From Catajapyx aquilonaris (Eukaryota), in contig JYFJ02003351.1 in the NCBI GenBank assembly GCA_000934665.2, positions 1 through 43,321 on the forward strand: DNA of 43,321 nucleotides, in the 5' to 3' direction. A program made the position numbers and the translations under genes. Below are positions 10,433 through 21,300 of this stretch, piece after piece (the stretch's first letter is position 1; each line of letters starts with the position of its first letter). Under the pieces are notes generated by a model. That model had not been told where the DNA came from, made no database searches, and saw nothing but the letters and a program-made list of their open reading frames with translations.

Positions 10433-13400
10433 TATTATTATTATTATTATTATTATTAAATTATTAAATATTGTGCCCAAATTAGCACTTCTCATGAAAA
10501 TATTTAGTGCCTATTAATGTACAAGTAAGCTTCTGTTTGTCATAGAGAGATGGTAAGAACATGCAATTTTAGCACTATATTTAGGCTTAAGGTTCTGCCA
10601 ATCAGCACAGGCCACTCCAGGACGAATGACGGAGCATCCCATGCTGATTAGTAGATCCTTAAGACTATAAAGACCTATTTACACAATGACGGTTCTAACG
10701 GAAGTAGGAACAGTCAGTCAATCAGCATGCTCCCCGCTGATACTTTCTAGCAGAGTGGAGCATTCTGATTGGCTGACCGTTCCTTCTTTCGTTGGGACCG
10801 TCATCATGTAAATGGGCCTTTAGACTAGTACTAAAACTGCTCTTGTGCAAATCCCCTTTAGAACATCCAATTCAGAGGAAGTACATATGGGTTGGGATTG
10901 AAAATGATTTTGTGAATATACTAGTGACTAGTATGGTATAGTGGTGGGCGCAGCTAACCGAAAGTTTAGCTTCTCTGACCACTAATCCACTAACTAAGAA
11001 AGTTGACTTTGCTAAATCGCTAGCGCTAAACAGCTAGAAAGATTAACGGAAGCTAACACTTACTTTATTATATTAATTTAGCCTTTTTCGCTCGACGACC
11101 TATGAAAATGTAAAAACAGACCTAGAGAGCTAGAGCCTACAGTAGATAGCACTACTATACATATGCCTTATTTAGTTATTTACTGTTCCATATAAAAAGT
11201 AATAAACAAATCCAAAAAGCAAAAAACTTAAGTTTTGTCTGGGACACAAGCTGCAGGTTTTTGTCGTGATATGTCTTTAAAATCGTAACAGTACTGGGGG
11301 GCATGCGCGAAAAGTTGACCGTAACTGAAATTGGTGATAATGTTTCGTTACCGTTACGATGATTCTTTTCTAAGCAATCCTTAATGTACTGTCTTGTCTT
11401 CTAGCATCTTGCGTGTAATGTTGTTGGGTGTGGGTCGTGTCGTTGTACTAGTACTGGGTGACTAACCAATTCGCTTGGCTGCTGCAACTTTCTTTCATTG
11501 TCTGTATTCTCGCTGTCTTTCTGAATTTGACTTCTTGGGCTCTTTTTGTTCCTTGCGTGCTGCTCTTTCATCTCCTATGTGTTTCTCGTATTTCTCTTGA
11601 GCTTTATCATGCAATTTTGACTACATTATGAAATGTTTCACTTTTCACCCACTTGAAGCTCACTTTTCACAAAGTCTTTGTCATTCACGATGATTGTTGG
11701 CCAATATGAATTGTAGCATATTCGTTAGCTGCTTTTAGTTTTGAAATTACAAGACGAAACATTATCCCCCATTTTTATCACGCTCGACTTTTCGTGCATG
11801 CCTCCCAGTTCCAATTTTAAAGACGTATTCATGTCAAAATGTTAATTGGAACAAAAGTATTACATTTTGCAATTGGAAAATGTAATTCACTTTGACTGGA
11901 CCATCTCCGACTCCATCGTTTCGAAGTGATGGCTGTTGGCCTTCAAAAACATCAGCCTCTCAAAGTTGTCATTTGAGAGGATGGAACATGTATGAATTTT
12001 GTTAGTGGACTAACAGTTCGTGAAACCAAACTTAGCGGATGCTAATCCATCTGCTAATGATTTCTAAAGTTAGCGAAAACGATAATCAGTTAACTAAAAA
12101 AGTTGTTCCGCTATTAGCGGTTAGCAGAACTCCCGCCCACCACCGGTATTGTATCATCTCCTAAATGAGCTGAAGTACAAGCATGCAGGGTGAAGGGAAA
12201 CTCGCGGACAATCACCAGGTAGACTGATAGTACTTGCAAAACTAATATAGGGATGTGCAATTAGTTTTGGGCACTATTGCATAGTTAATGCGTACAGTGC
12301 CGTTAATGTGTAGAGGGCCGGATGGTAAAATATGAGGTAAAAGTGACAAAGTGCTCGGGTGTCGCACACAGATTCTTACTCTGACGGTAATCATTTATTT
12401 CACATGGACGATGTGTTACCGACCAAGGCTGGATTATTCGGAGGCCCTCAAGGTGCCTTTTGTTTCATTGAATCTGGGGGAATGGATGTGACGTCATGAA
12501 ACTTTGACGGTGCCGTACGCATTAACTATGCAACGGAGCCCAAAACTGATATTACACATCCCTATATTAGTTTTACGAGTACTACCTGGCGATTGTCCGC
12601 GAGTTTCCCTTCACCCTGTATGTAAGTTTATGTTTTTCATATGATTTTTGAGTTTTTAAAATATAGAATTAGATGTTGAAAATCTACTTCTAGAGACTGC
12701 AGCTAACAGCACGTTCAGTCTGCCATGCCATTGCTAAGCCCAGGAAATTTGCCAGCCAAGCAGTTTTGGAGACCAATAATCAGGTGATATTATGTTAAGC
12801 TATTACTTCCTATTTTGGTACATTATTGGCTCTTCTTTTGTGCAGGTGGATGTGAAAGGTACAGGCAAGGATGACAGACTCTACAGAATGATTGAGCTAG
12901 AACTGAAGGCATATGAACCAGCAGTGCTCCAGAGTTATGAGTGGTTTGCAACCACTGCAGCAAAGCATCTGGACATCACTGTTGGAAATTGGTAATATTG
13001 AGACCCTTCCATGTAGGAATACAAGAAAAGTTCCCCAGTTAACCAGTGCCACAGAGAATTCTTCGGGTATAGTTGAGTTACATGGCAGAATGTTCCACAG
13101 GGCATCACAGCATTGCAAAAATTGTCATTTATATTTTGTGGCAATGGTAGATGGTGCCACATTTATAGTCAACATATTGTACACTAAAACTGACCTTGAG
13201 TTAAATTTGCATCCTGCAGGTTGTGAATTGCAAGCCCCATTTAAATGGCAACCAGCTTCATATATTCATCAATTTCAATAAATGGTAGGAAGGACAATCT
13301 ATTGACAGTAATACATTTTGCACTCATGGCCATTAGAAGATCCATTGTAATGGTCGTACGAGATGACCAGGTGAATGTGCCTGGTCATCACTGGTAACCC

Positions 13401-14324
13401 CATCTTGGGAAAATGCCATGATCGATTGTGTTTGTGATGAACAGGCATTTGCCTAAAACACCCCGCTGCCCCATAAATGAACTGGTAATGAAATTTTCAA
13501 TTAATTAACCTTTTATTTGCTGTTTAAAAAAAATTCAACCCACAGATACCTGAAAGTATTACTTTTTTGGCACAAGGTCACACTCAGCATATTGAATTAG
13601 CTGAGGCATCTGAATATTGCAGCAGCAGAAGTGAATGTGGTTTCATATATAGGTGACACACATTTTCTAAAAGTAATCTGTAGCAAGATGAAAGGTAGAG
13701 GCACCAAATGACTTGCAGGAAAACGTAACATATTTGTCAATGAGAGTTGTGCAGTATTCTTATGCTGGGCACTGGCCCCTTCATTTTCTCACATGTTTTT
13801 GTTGTTGTTCTGAACTAGATCAGGATTCAACTCAATGTGACATATGCCATTATAACCAATCGTATTCCCAGTATAGATATTTAGCAGATTACATTGTTTT
13901 GGAAAATATCTCACCTCCTATTTGTTTGAAGGTTGATGTTAGGTGGAGTTCTTCAGACATAATTTATAACCAAAAATTAATCATTTCATGACAAGTTGGT
14001 CACCACCAAAGCCTCTTCATGAACGCCGCTCACTCCTGAAGTCAGTACACATTTACAAGAAGCACATGGTCCAATATGAAGTTCGAACATACTTCAAGTT
14101 CCTGCAGTTTAAGTATCTGACCGGAAGCACTGCTGACACTTTCCTGGAATACATTGAGCGAAACCTTCCTGAAGGAGTTGGGATGAAAGTCACTAAGGTA
14201 TATGCATAGAGTAGCTTTAAGAAGATTGAATGTCTAAAACATGCACCTCTTATTTCAGATTCAGGTAGAAAAATTGCGTGATCATTGGACTAATGAAACT
14301 AATGTCAATAACAGGCAAGTTTAG
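7218..14324 (+). CDS. mRpS10: 28S mitochondrial ribosomal protein S10 (uS10m), about 172 aa, 5 coding exons
   Basis: Exons 7218-7232 (MNILN|gtgagt; least certain), 12694-12783, 12846-12991, 13996-14197 and 14259-14324 (TAG) join in frame through GT-AG introns. The protein has an Arg/Lys-rich presequence then [23 protein letters not shown]...[20 protein letters not shown]...[27 protein letters not shown], diagnostic of MRPS10. Confidence 0.93.
7575..7781. mobile_element. PIF/Harbinger-type MITE
   Basis: About 26 bp TIR AGCCTGGTTTCCACCGGCATAATTTT / AAAATTATGCTGGTGGAAACAAGGCA flanked by TAA on both sides. Confidence 0.75.
8712..9230 (-). mobile_element. RTE-like LINE derivative: AP-endonuclease fragment joined to the 3' tail
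   Basis: ORF 8864-9229 has APE motifs VYAP...F(W)DSL...[12 protein letters not shown]...LGRYG...NGNG. The 3' end CCCTTCATCGCTGACT.CCCCTCATAGGGAAATGTCGTGATG(TTG/ATG)n is shared with the copy at 37428-37731. Confidence 0.8.
10034..10465 (+). mobile_element. tRNA-derived SINE with (ATC)n(ATT)n tail
   Basis: A-box-like TGGTGCTGCGG and B-box GGTTCGATCCC, microsatellite tail at about 10360-10457, and a perfect 15 bp TSD AAATATTGTGCCCAA at 10019-10033 and 10466-10480. Confidence 0.9.
10563..10840. mobile_element. Two nested palindromic MITEs (inner Harbinger-like element at 10671-10819)
   Basis: Outer arms GCAATTTTAGCACTA..TAGGCTTAAGGTTCTGCCAATCAGCA versus TGCTGATTAGTAGATCCTTAAGACTA..TAGTACTAAAACTGC. 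The right arm is split by an about 150 bp foldback AGACCTATTTACAC.../...TGTAAATGGGCCT flanked by TAA/TTA. Confidence 0.65.
10939..12145 (-). mobile_element. Internally deleted hAT transposon
   Basis: TIR (T/C)(A/G)GTGGTGGGCG, 8 bp flanks gtatggta / gtattgta, many subterminal GCTAA/TTAGC motifs; minus-strand remnant [15 protein letters not shown] (about 11934-11979) resembles the end of the hAT C-terminal dimerisation domain. Confidence 0.8.
11294..11808. mobile_element. DNA transposon derivative nested in the hAT element
   Basis: About 29 bp imperfect TIR CTGGG(G/A)GGCATGC(G/A)CGAAAAGT(T/C)GA(C/G)CGT; interior has a decayed charged reading frame on the minus strand ([19 protein letters not shown]). 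Confidence 0.6.
12186..12618. mobile_element. Tc1/mariner-type MITE with about 120 bp TIRs
   Basis: CAGGGTGAAGGGAAACTCGCGGACAATC... at 12186 and its inverse ...GATTGTCCGCGAGTTTCCCTTCACCCTG|TA at 12618. Confidence 0.85.
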
Positions 14325-14325
14325 A

Positions 14326-14331
14326 AATAAA
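14326..14331 (+). terminator. Candidate mRpS10 polyadenylation signal
   Basis: AATAAA 1 nt after the stop codon, followed by a U-rich tract at about 14354-14365. Confidence 0.55.
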
Positions 14332-17300
14332 TGAAATGTGAGTCAATGCTGGCTTCTTTTTATTTCCAACCAGTACTACACTACATATGTCTGGTCCACA
14401 TAGGCTACAATAACAATTTGTCACTCAGTAGACAGCCCCAAAAAAATGCTACTCTTCCTGATTTTTTAAAACCCACAACCTGAGAGCAAACTCAAAAGCT
14501 TTTTTTTTGTTATGTACAGTACCGTACACAATAAAGCAAGTAGGGTTAACTTCGTTTTCTACGCATGAGGAAAGAGGAATTTGTGGATATACTACACACG
14601 GGGTCACACCACAAAATATGTACAAGCTGGATGCATTTTTTCTTCTTTTTTTTGTTACCACAGAGCTGACATCATTATAATTTCGGCTTTAGTTCCATAC
14701 ATCATCTGAAGGTTTAATCAGTAATAAGGATTAATCCATGTGGATACTGATCCTTTATCATCAAGGCTTAATTTTTGAATGAGAGTTGCAAGTTTACCAT
14801 TGCTTATTTAGCTTGTTTTCTTAGGTAATAATGCATAGAAAATTCATCTGACCAAAATACACTGTCAGATATACGAAGTTCAGCTCTCACTTAGATATAA
14901 AACAAACCAAAGTGCTGCAGATTAAACCTTTTTACTGGTTAAACCTGCAGAGGGTGTATGGAATTAAAGCCATATTTTTCTTGTGACTGTTGCCAGCAAC
15001 AATCTAATTCCCAACTGCAGTACACAATGACTAAAGACTTTCTTTTACTGTGTTTGCAAATGTTGCTGTGAATACTGTACCAGTAGCCAAAGTATTTTTT
15101 TCTCATTGTTTTAGTCAACAGAAACAGGGTCTTTGTACATTGAGAGAAAAAAGATCCTCCTCTGTACACATATAGACAAATACATGAGAGTATGTATTTA
15201 AAAATGGCAATGCTTGTAGGGTCATGAAAAAAGAGAAATAAAAACTGGGGGCTCCTTGTTCTATCCTAGAGCGCCATAAGTTCAAATAAATGTAGGCAAA
15301 AACAAAAATTTTGATCAGCATCGAGATTTACCTGCAGACCCGGTCAAGTAGGGGAGAGCAGTGCGAAATGAATGTTAGCATGAAAACTAATGTGTATGGC
15401 AACATGATGTTTCATAAATCTGACTGGCATCAGAGGACAGTCATTCACAATGTGCTATTCATTTAAGTAACAGATTTCTTAAGTGTACTTTCAGTGGCAT
15501 TCTTGGCCTAATCATACAAAGGCACATGGAGCTTAAATTCCCAAATGAGGGTCTAATTAAGCCCATCCAGATTTTAGTACAATGACAGAATAATATTGGC
15601 TGTACTGGATGTACGTATGGGAAAAAAAGGATTTTCTGAAAATCAGTTGTCATCACTAGGGCATGTTGAAACTTTACCTTGAGAGTGAACTGAAATGCCA
15701 CCCCACCCACCAAACCAACTGCACTGCAGGAGCCTTTGGGCCAGTGGGACAACAGAAGGGGGATCTCATTCCATATTGGATTCTGTGAGAGGGATCAAAC
15801 TCAAACTGGACTCTTGAGTCCTTAAGTTGAGAATTTGATGGAGGGTATGTTTTAGCCATGTCATGTTATGTCCCAACACACCTAACACCTTGCTCTAACT
15901 AGCTCTGCATCATTCACTCTGTAGATGGAGTGATTTGAACAAGATGACCATATGTCACAATTTGCTGTACAACATTATTGCAGAAATAAATATCCAGACT
16001 TATATCTAGCATGGGCTCTTTAAAGGATGATGGCACTAGAAAATGGCAATTATTACTCTATGAGATATTTCAGTTTTGGGCTAGGAAAATGAGATACTGC
16101 ATAATTTTACTCAAATGCTCTGCTCTCCCCTGCAGCATTAAATGTTTTGCATACCATTGTCACCACATTTGCAACTACCTCACTGCTTACAATTTTTTAA
16201 GTGGGAAAATGTTCATGGCCTAGTATTTAGAGCAAGGAAAAAGTCTAGCTGAGTGTTAGAACTTTTAAATGCTGGCATATGCAGTATTCCAGAAAGTTAT
16301 CTGTACAGAAGCATTTCCACAAGTGCTTTAAATTTTTATGTTGTAGCTTGCAACCTATCACTCGTAAGTCGTCACCAGGTTACATTGTTCCCCTGTTACC
16401 TGTACTCTTTGTTTACGACTTTTTTTTAGTATTCATCTATGTGAATAAATATAACTGTGCCATCTATTAACTTGAACATTTTTATCACAATGAATGTCGT
16501 AAATGTGTTAGGATTTCTTTTCCTTTTTACCAGTGTATATGCATGATTTTTTTTTACAAAAAAAAGTGTCAACAGTAGTATATCTATTAACAGTATTTAG
16601 TTGCCAATATAATCTGTAAATACACTGATCAGTATATTTATCGCATAACTTGGTAGAGCTTCAGATTTTCACTTTGTGTCTTTGTATGCATGCGATGTAG
16701 TTTCCAGGAGGAAAAAAGAAAAAATGTGGGTCAACTTTGACAGTTGACTGGCAGCTGGCAAATGTTTCTGCTCAGACACTCATCTCAAAGCTGATCCTCC
16801 TGAGATTGTGTGTGCCAAATGACGACTGTTTGAACCTCGTTACTTTTGTATTTGTTCACTACATTCAACTATATACTTACATACATCCAACACTACTTTC
16901 ATGTGTGAAGGAAGCATGTTTTAGTCATCAGTATTGCAGTCAACTGCTGGGGGTTAAAATTCTTTGTCCAACAGTTGTTATACGAAAGCAGTCTAACTGG
17001 TTAAAATGTGCGTGCATTTGCACTCATCAAGTCCTGTTTTTCATCAAGGCTAGACTATTTGGAAGAATTATACTAGGAATAATATATCACATGGTGAAGG
17101 TTGATGAAAGATTATGCATGAAATAATATCAGGCGGTGAGAAAGAAATGCAACAATGCACCAAATTTTTGTATAGAGTAAAATTTGTGACAATGCTTGTT
17201 GGTAAATGAGCAATATAATAAGTTCATATGAACAAAAAAAACATTACTTTGAGCCTCAGCTGTATGTCACTAGATTGTCGAGATGGACATGTGTGGTTTT

Positions 17301-18326
17301 GTAAATCTTTAACAAGATGCTGTACACTAAAAACTGGTGCTACCAAAGCCACACCTGCAGTTATGTTGTGCCCAACCATGGAAACATAATGGGAAGTGGG
17401 AGGTCAAATATGTCACTTAAGTGTCTCTCTCTGCCTCTTCCTTCACTGCCCATTTCATGTTCCGGAGCCAATGTTAAGACTGGAAAGCTTGGAAATCATG
17501 AAGGATCTTCCAACCTGCTGACCAGAGAGATACGGATGTTGCAAATTCCAAATGGATCAACGCTTTGTGGCTGGCACAGTCTAATGAAAAAATGAAAAAC
17601 CATAATGCCAAATTCAACAACCTGCACTGTAGTTGCAGCAGGGAAACAAGAATTCAACTCAACTGTCTTGATGCTTTTCCCATGTCAAGATTGAATTTCA
17701 CTAATGAAAACAGAACAAACACACCCAACAAAGTAGAGGAACTGCACTGCCCCAACTTTATGGAAATAAAGCCATACCATGGCAATGTCAAGATAAAATC
17801 AGGGGTGCAGTTACCCTACTACAAAACGTGTCACAAACATACGGAACTCAGAAACACAACATTATGATTTCAACTAGCTTTAGGCCCACTAATACGACTC
17901 AAAATACTGCATCGGCATTAAATTCTTTTCAAGTGATAACGAACAATTGAAAAACTGGGACGAAACCAGCTGAAAACTAGTTGAACAACAACGCAGCATA
18001 CATCAAACTGTATGCCTGCTGGCTTTGTCTAAATGAAAACTCGCATCACCCATGCAGGACAATGCATGTCATGCCAAACATTGTAGACCAGAGGACACAG
18101 AAAGTAGAAATAGTGCATGTAAGTCTACATAAAGAAGACAGTTCCACTTCGAAGTCCATAACATTGCAAAGACAGAGAGACATAGCGTTCACAAACACAC
18201 ACAACAGACGAGACAGAGTGATGGAAAAAAGAAAGAAAAGGGGGAAAAATCTCACCAAGGTTTTTATCCGGGTGCTGGACTCACATGCAGACAAGTACGT
18301 GTGATTTTTTTTAGCAGGACAAAGCA

Positions 18327-21300
18327 CTAGGAGGTACCCGTCTCTTTTTTTGTGGAGAAGGAAACAATAGATCGGATACCCTTGACAGACGTCTGGGGGT
18401 GAGCGCAGCAGAATAAAAAGAAAGTCCAAGATTACTTCCAAGGTGCTTATAAAAATACGGACAGATTAAGGGCTATGTGTTTCATCACCGGACACTTTCT
18501 AGCAAAATGCATTGGGGGTTAGGTGGGTCGGATGGGAAGTGTAAAAGTGAAGCAAACTGTTTGTATCCTGAAACGAAGGGTGCTTTTAGACAGAGGCAAG
18601 AGAGTGTATGCTGTGTGGGAATAGAGACAAGCTCAAAAAACAGTCCAAAGATGTGTGGACCTGGACACATCTTATAAACAGCATTCCACTGAATTGCACA
18701 AGTGCAACTGAAATGACTAGAGATGCAAATGGGCTACCACATTTCGCATATTTTGTATCACTTGGCAGCCTCCCTCCAGCACTACTGGATATTTCTAAAT
18801 ACAAGGAACACTTTTGCTTTACGGCTGTACGCCCCGAAACTTACGCAATACTTGAGTAGGGTATTATTGCCAAGAAATACTGGATCGTATACAAAAATAA
18901 AATAAATAGATGGACCTTGACACCCTCGCGCACAAGTAGGTAGATAGACTCTAGTTTTCTTTTCCCCGTCAAATTTTGGGCGCAGGCAAGAAAGGATCTT
19001 AGTCCCCAGACCCGCCCAGTTTGGCCCAAAACGCGCGTACCTTCTTTTTGCTCCCATTGAGAAAATCCTTGTACATCTCAGAGCGGAGGTAGCGTGAGTA
19101 GCTGTCACTTTTCATCAAGTGATACACATGTGCCTGGAAGTAAAGAACAATCAATCACGAGTCATCCTCATGATACGTACATCCATCAACTCACCGCGGC
19201 CACGTCGAAAGTCCACCTGTCTGGATGCTCCATGTTTTTCTTGGTGTTTTCATACGATTGGGAATCCACGTTGACCGGACAACTGGCATCGGGAGCCAGG
19301 TACTCGGCCCAGATCTCCTGAACTTTCACCTGAACCGATTTCTGCGGAAGGGCTTTCAGCTCCTGAACTGCCTCCCAGAACCTGAAACGGACTCACAGCA
19401 TCACCATCTGGATACCGAGAATCATAAGTCCATATATTGTTCAAAAGCCTAAGATAAAGCTTGCGTAACAGACGTGACAGAAAGGCATTCGCCTATTCAT
19501 GATAATGAAGAGCGACGCCTGTTACAAAATAGATCCCTCATTCTATGAGACCCACGTGCGGCTTCATGTAACATGCATGCTATACTATGGTCATGCACCA
19601 TATGTCGGTAGTAAGACTTTGTTTGATCAGCTATTTATAACGTGGTTATTTAGTGCCATTACGCTCATATTTACATATGCGTAATAACATCCGCTCTAAT
19701 TGCGGTGCAGTACGAGGTTCGATCAATATTTACAGCTAATTAATATTTAAACGGGTATTAAAGGCACTGCCATGGAGACAAGTCTACCGGACATATTCTC
19801 ATTTTTTTCAGCAATCTTTTTCTTGCCTGTGGTGTATATAGCATAGTAATCACGTAGATTTGGGCCGTGTGTTGATCACCTGGAATCGATCGTTAACCCC
19901 CCCCCCCCTCNCCTCGTTTCCACCACCCCTGCGTCTTTTCATGTAGGTGCACCTAAAAATAGTCCGCGCATACACACAGTAATGGTTTACACAAGAGCAA
20001 ATAATTCAATCGATAATCCCTCTCGAATTCGCAATGCAATCCCCATAGGAAAAATTGATCATCTGTTTCCATATATCTCGGGTCCACTTTTACATGCCTA
20101 CTATACCGGCAGCTTTACGTTTTCGCAAGCCAGGACTTTACCCCTGACCCAAATTGGGAAATCCATTTTGGAGTAGGTGCGGCTAGGGGGTGGGTGGGGT
20201 GCCAATAGTGGGACCTACCTGCTCAACAGTGCTATTTTTCAACGGTGTATATACGTAGTACGAGCTGGACCGTTCTTCTCCATTTGATCATAGATTGGCG
20301 GAACTTTAATGGGCGCTGCTTGTTCCTGCAGCGCTTATGTTAATTGGTATCGATTTTGGCCTGGATAATAATATTCGTCGTTTCACAATGTGATGAATTC
20401 ACGCATGCCGCTACCTCACCGCTTAAAATCAGAACAAGAAACATATCTCTATAATCGAGGTACGGAACATCCCACACCCTCCGGCCAAAAAAAAATTAGA
20501 AGATCGAGTATGCAAATGAAGCGCGATAATCCCAGCTGCATATTTTCATATCGATTGCCTAAATTATTTGCCCCCCGCTTCTGCCCCTGCGGTTTCACCT
20601 GACTCTCTATCTCGGTTGGTCCAGGAATTAAAGCAATAATGATCCATGGTGGGAGGACCTGGGAGGGGGGAAGCTGCAGAATGAAGTCTTAAACCCAACT
20701 CACTTGAGATTCTCCCCGCTGAATTCCTTGTCGAGGAATTTGATGAAGTGCTCCCTGCCCACGGGATCGTGCAAAAGTTCTTGAAGACTGAAGGCCCATC
20801 GTCGAACTCGCCTGGAAGGAATTTCCCTCCTGAAAAATAAATATAATATTAATCATGTCAATCGCGTGGGAAAAACGAGCTGAACGGCCGTCCATAAACT
20901 GGGCAGGTCACCTAGCACGTGACAATGTTACGTGAGCAAAACCGCCAATAACAAGAGGACCGGTAATTTATGGACCGCCGAGTTCTCTCTGCGAAGAGAT
21001 ACGTACGCTTGTTTTTCTTGCTCCCAGAATTCCGGGTTATCTGTAATCCAGGGATTAGAAGGCTCGGAAGCTGTGATGAAAGGGTCGTATTCAGCGTATT
21101 GCTCAAAATAGCCGAGGTAGCTGTGGGCAGTCGAGAAAATTTTATTACCGTGGATTACAAGCACCGCAAAGACTATACATTCCTGCTGGAGATGAATGCA
21201 CACAAATTATGAAGCAGACAGAAGCATATCAGGCGCAAGCACGTGAAATAATTTCCTATACTGTACACATATGAGATTAAAAGGCGTAAAATGCAGAAAG

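Noticed and set aside
10118..10495. 125 aa ORF with poly-Ile/poly-Met runs
   Set aside because: Antisense translation of the (ATC)n(ATT)n SINE tail; not a gene.
19382..19448. Alternative upstream acceptor (cttag at 19449) for the RGS-domain exon
   Set aside because: It adds 67 nt and shifts the frame out of the conserved FWEAVQELK sequence; no support.
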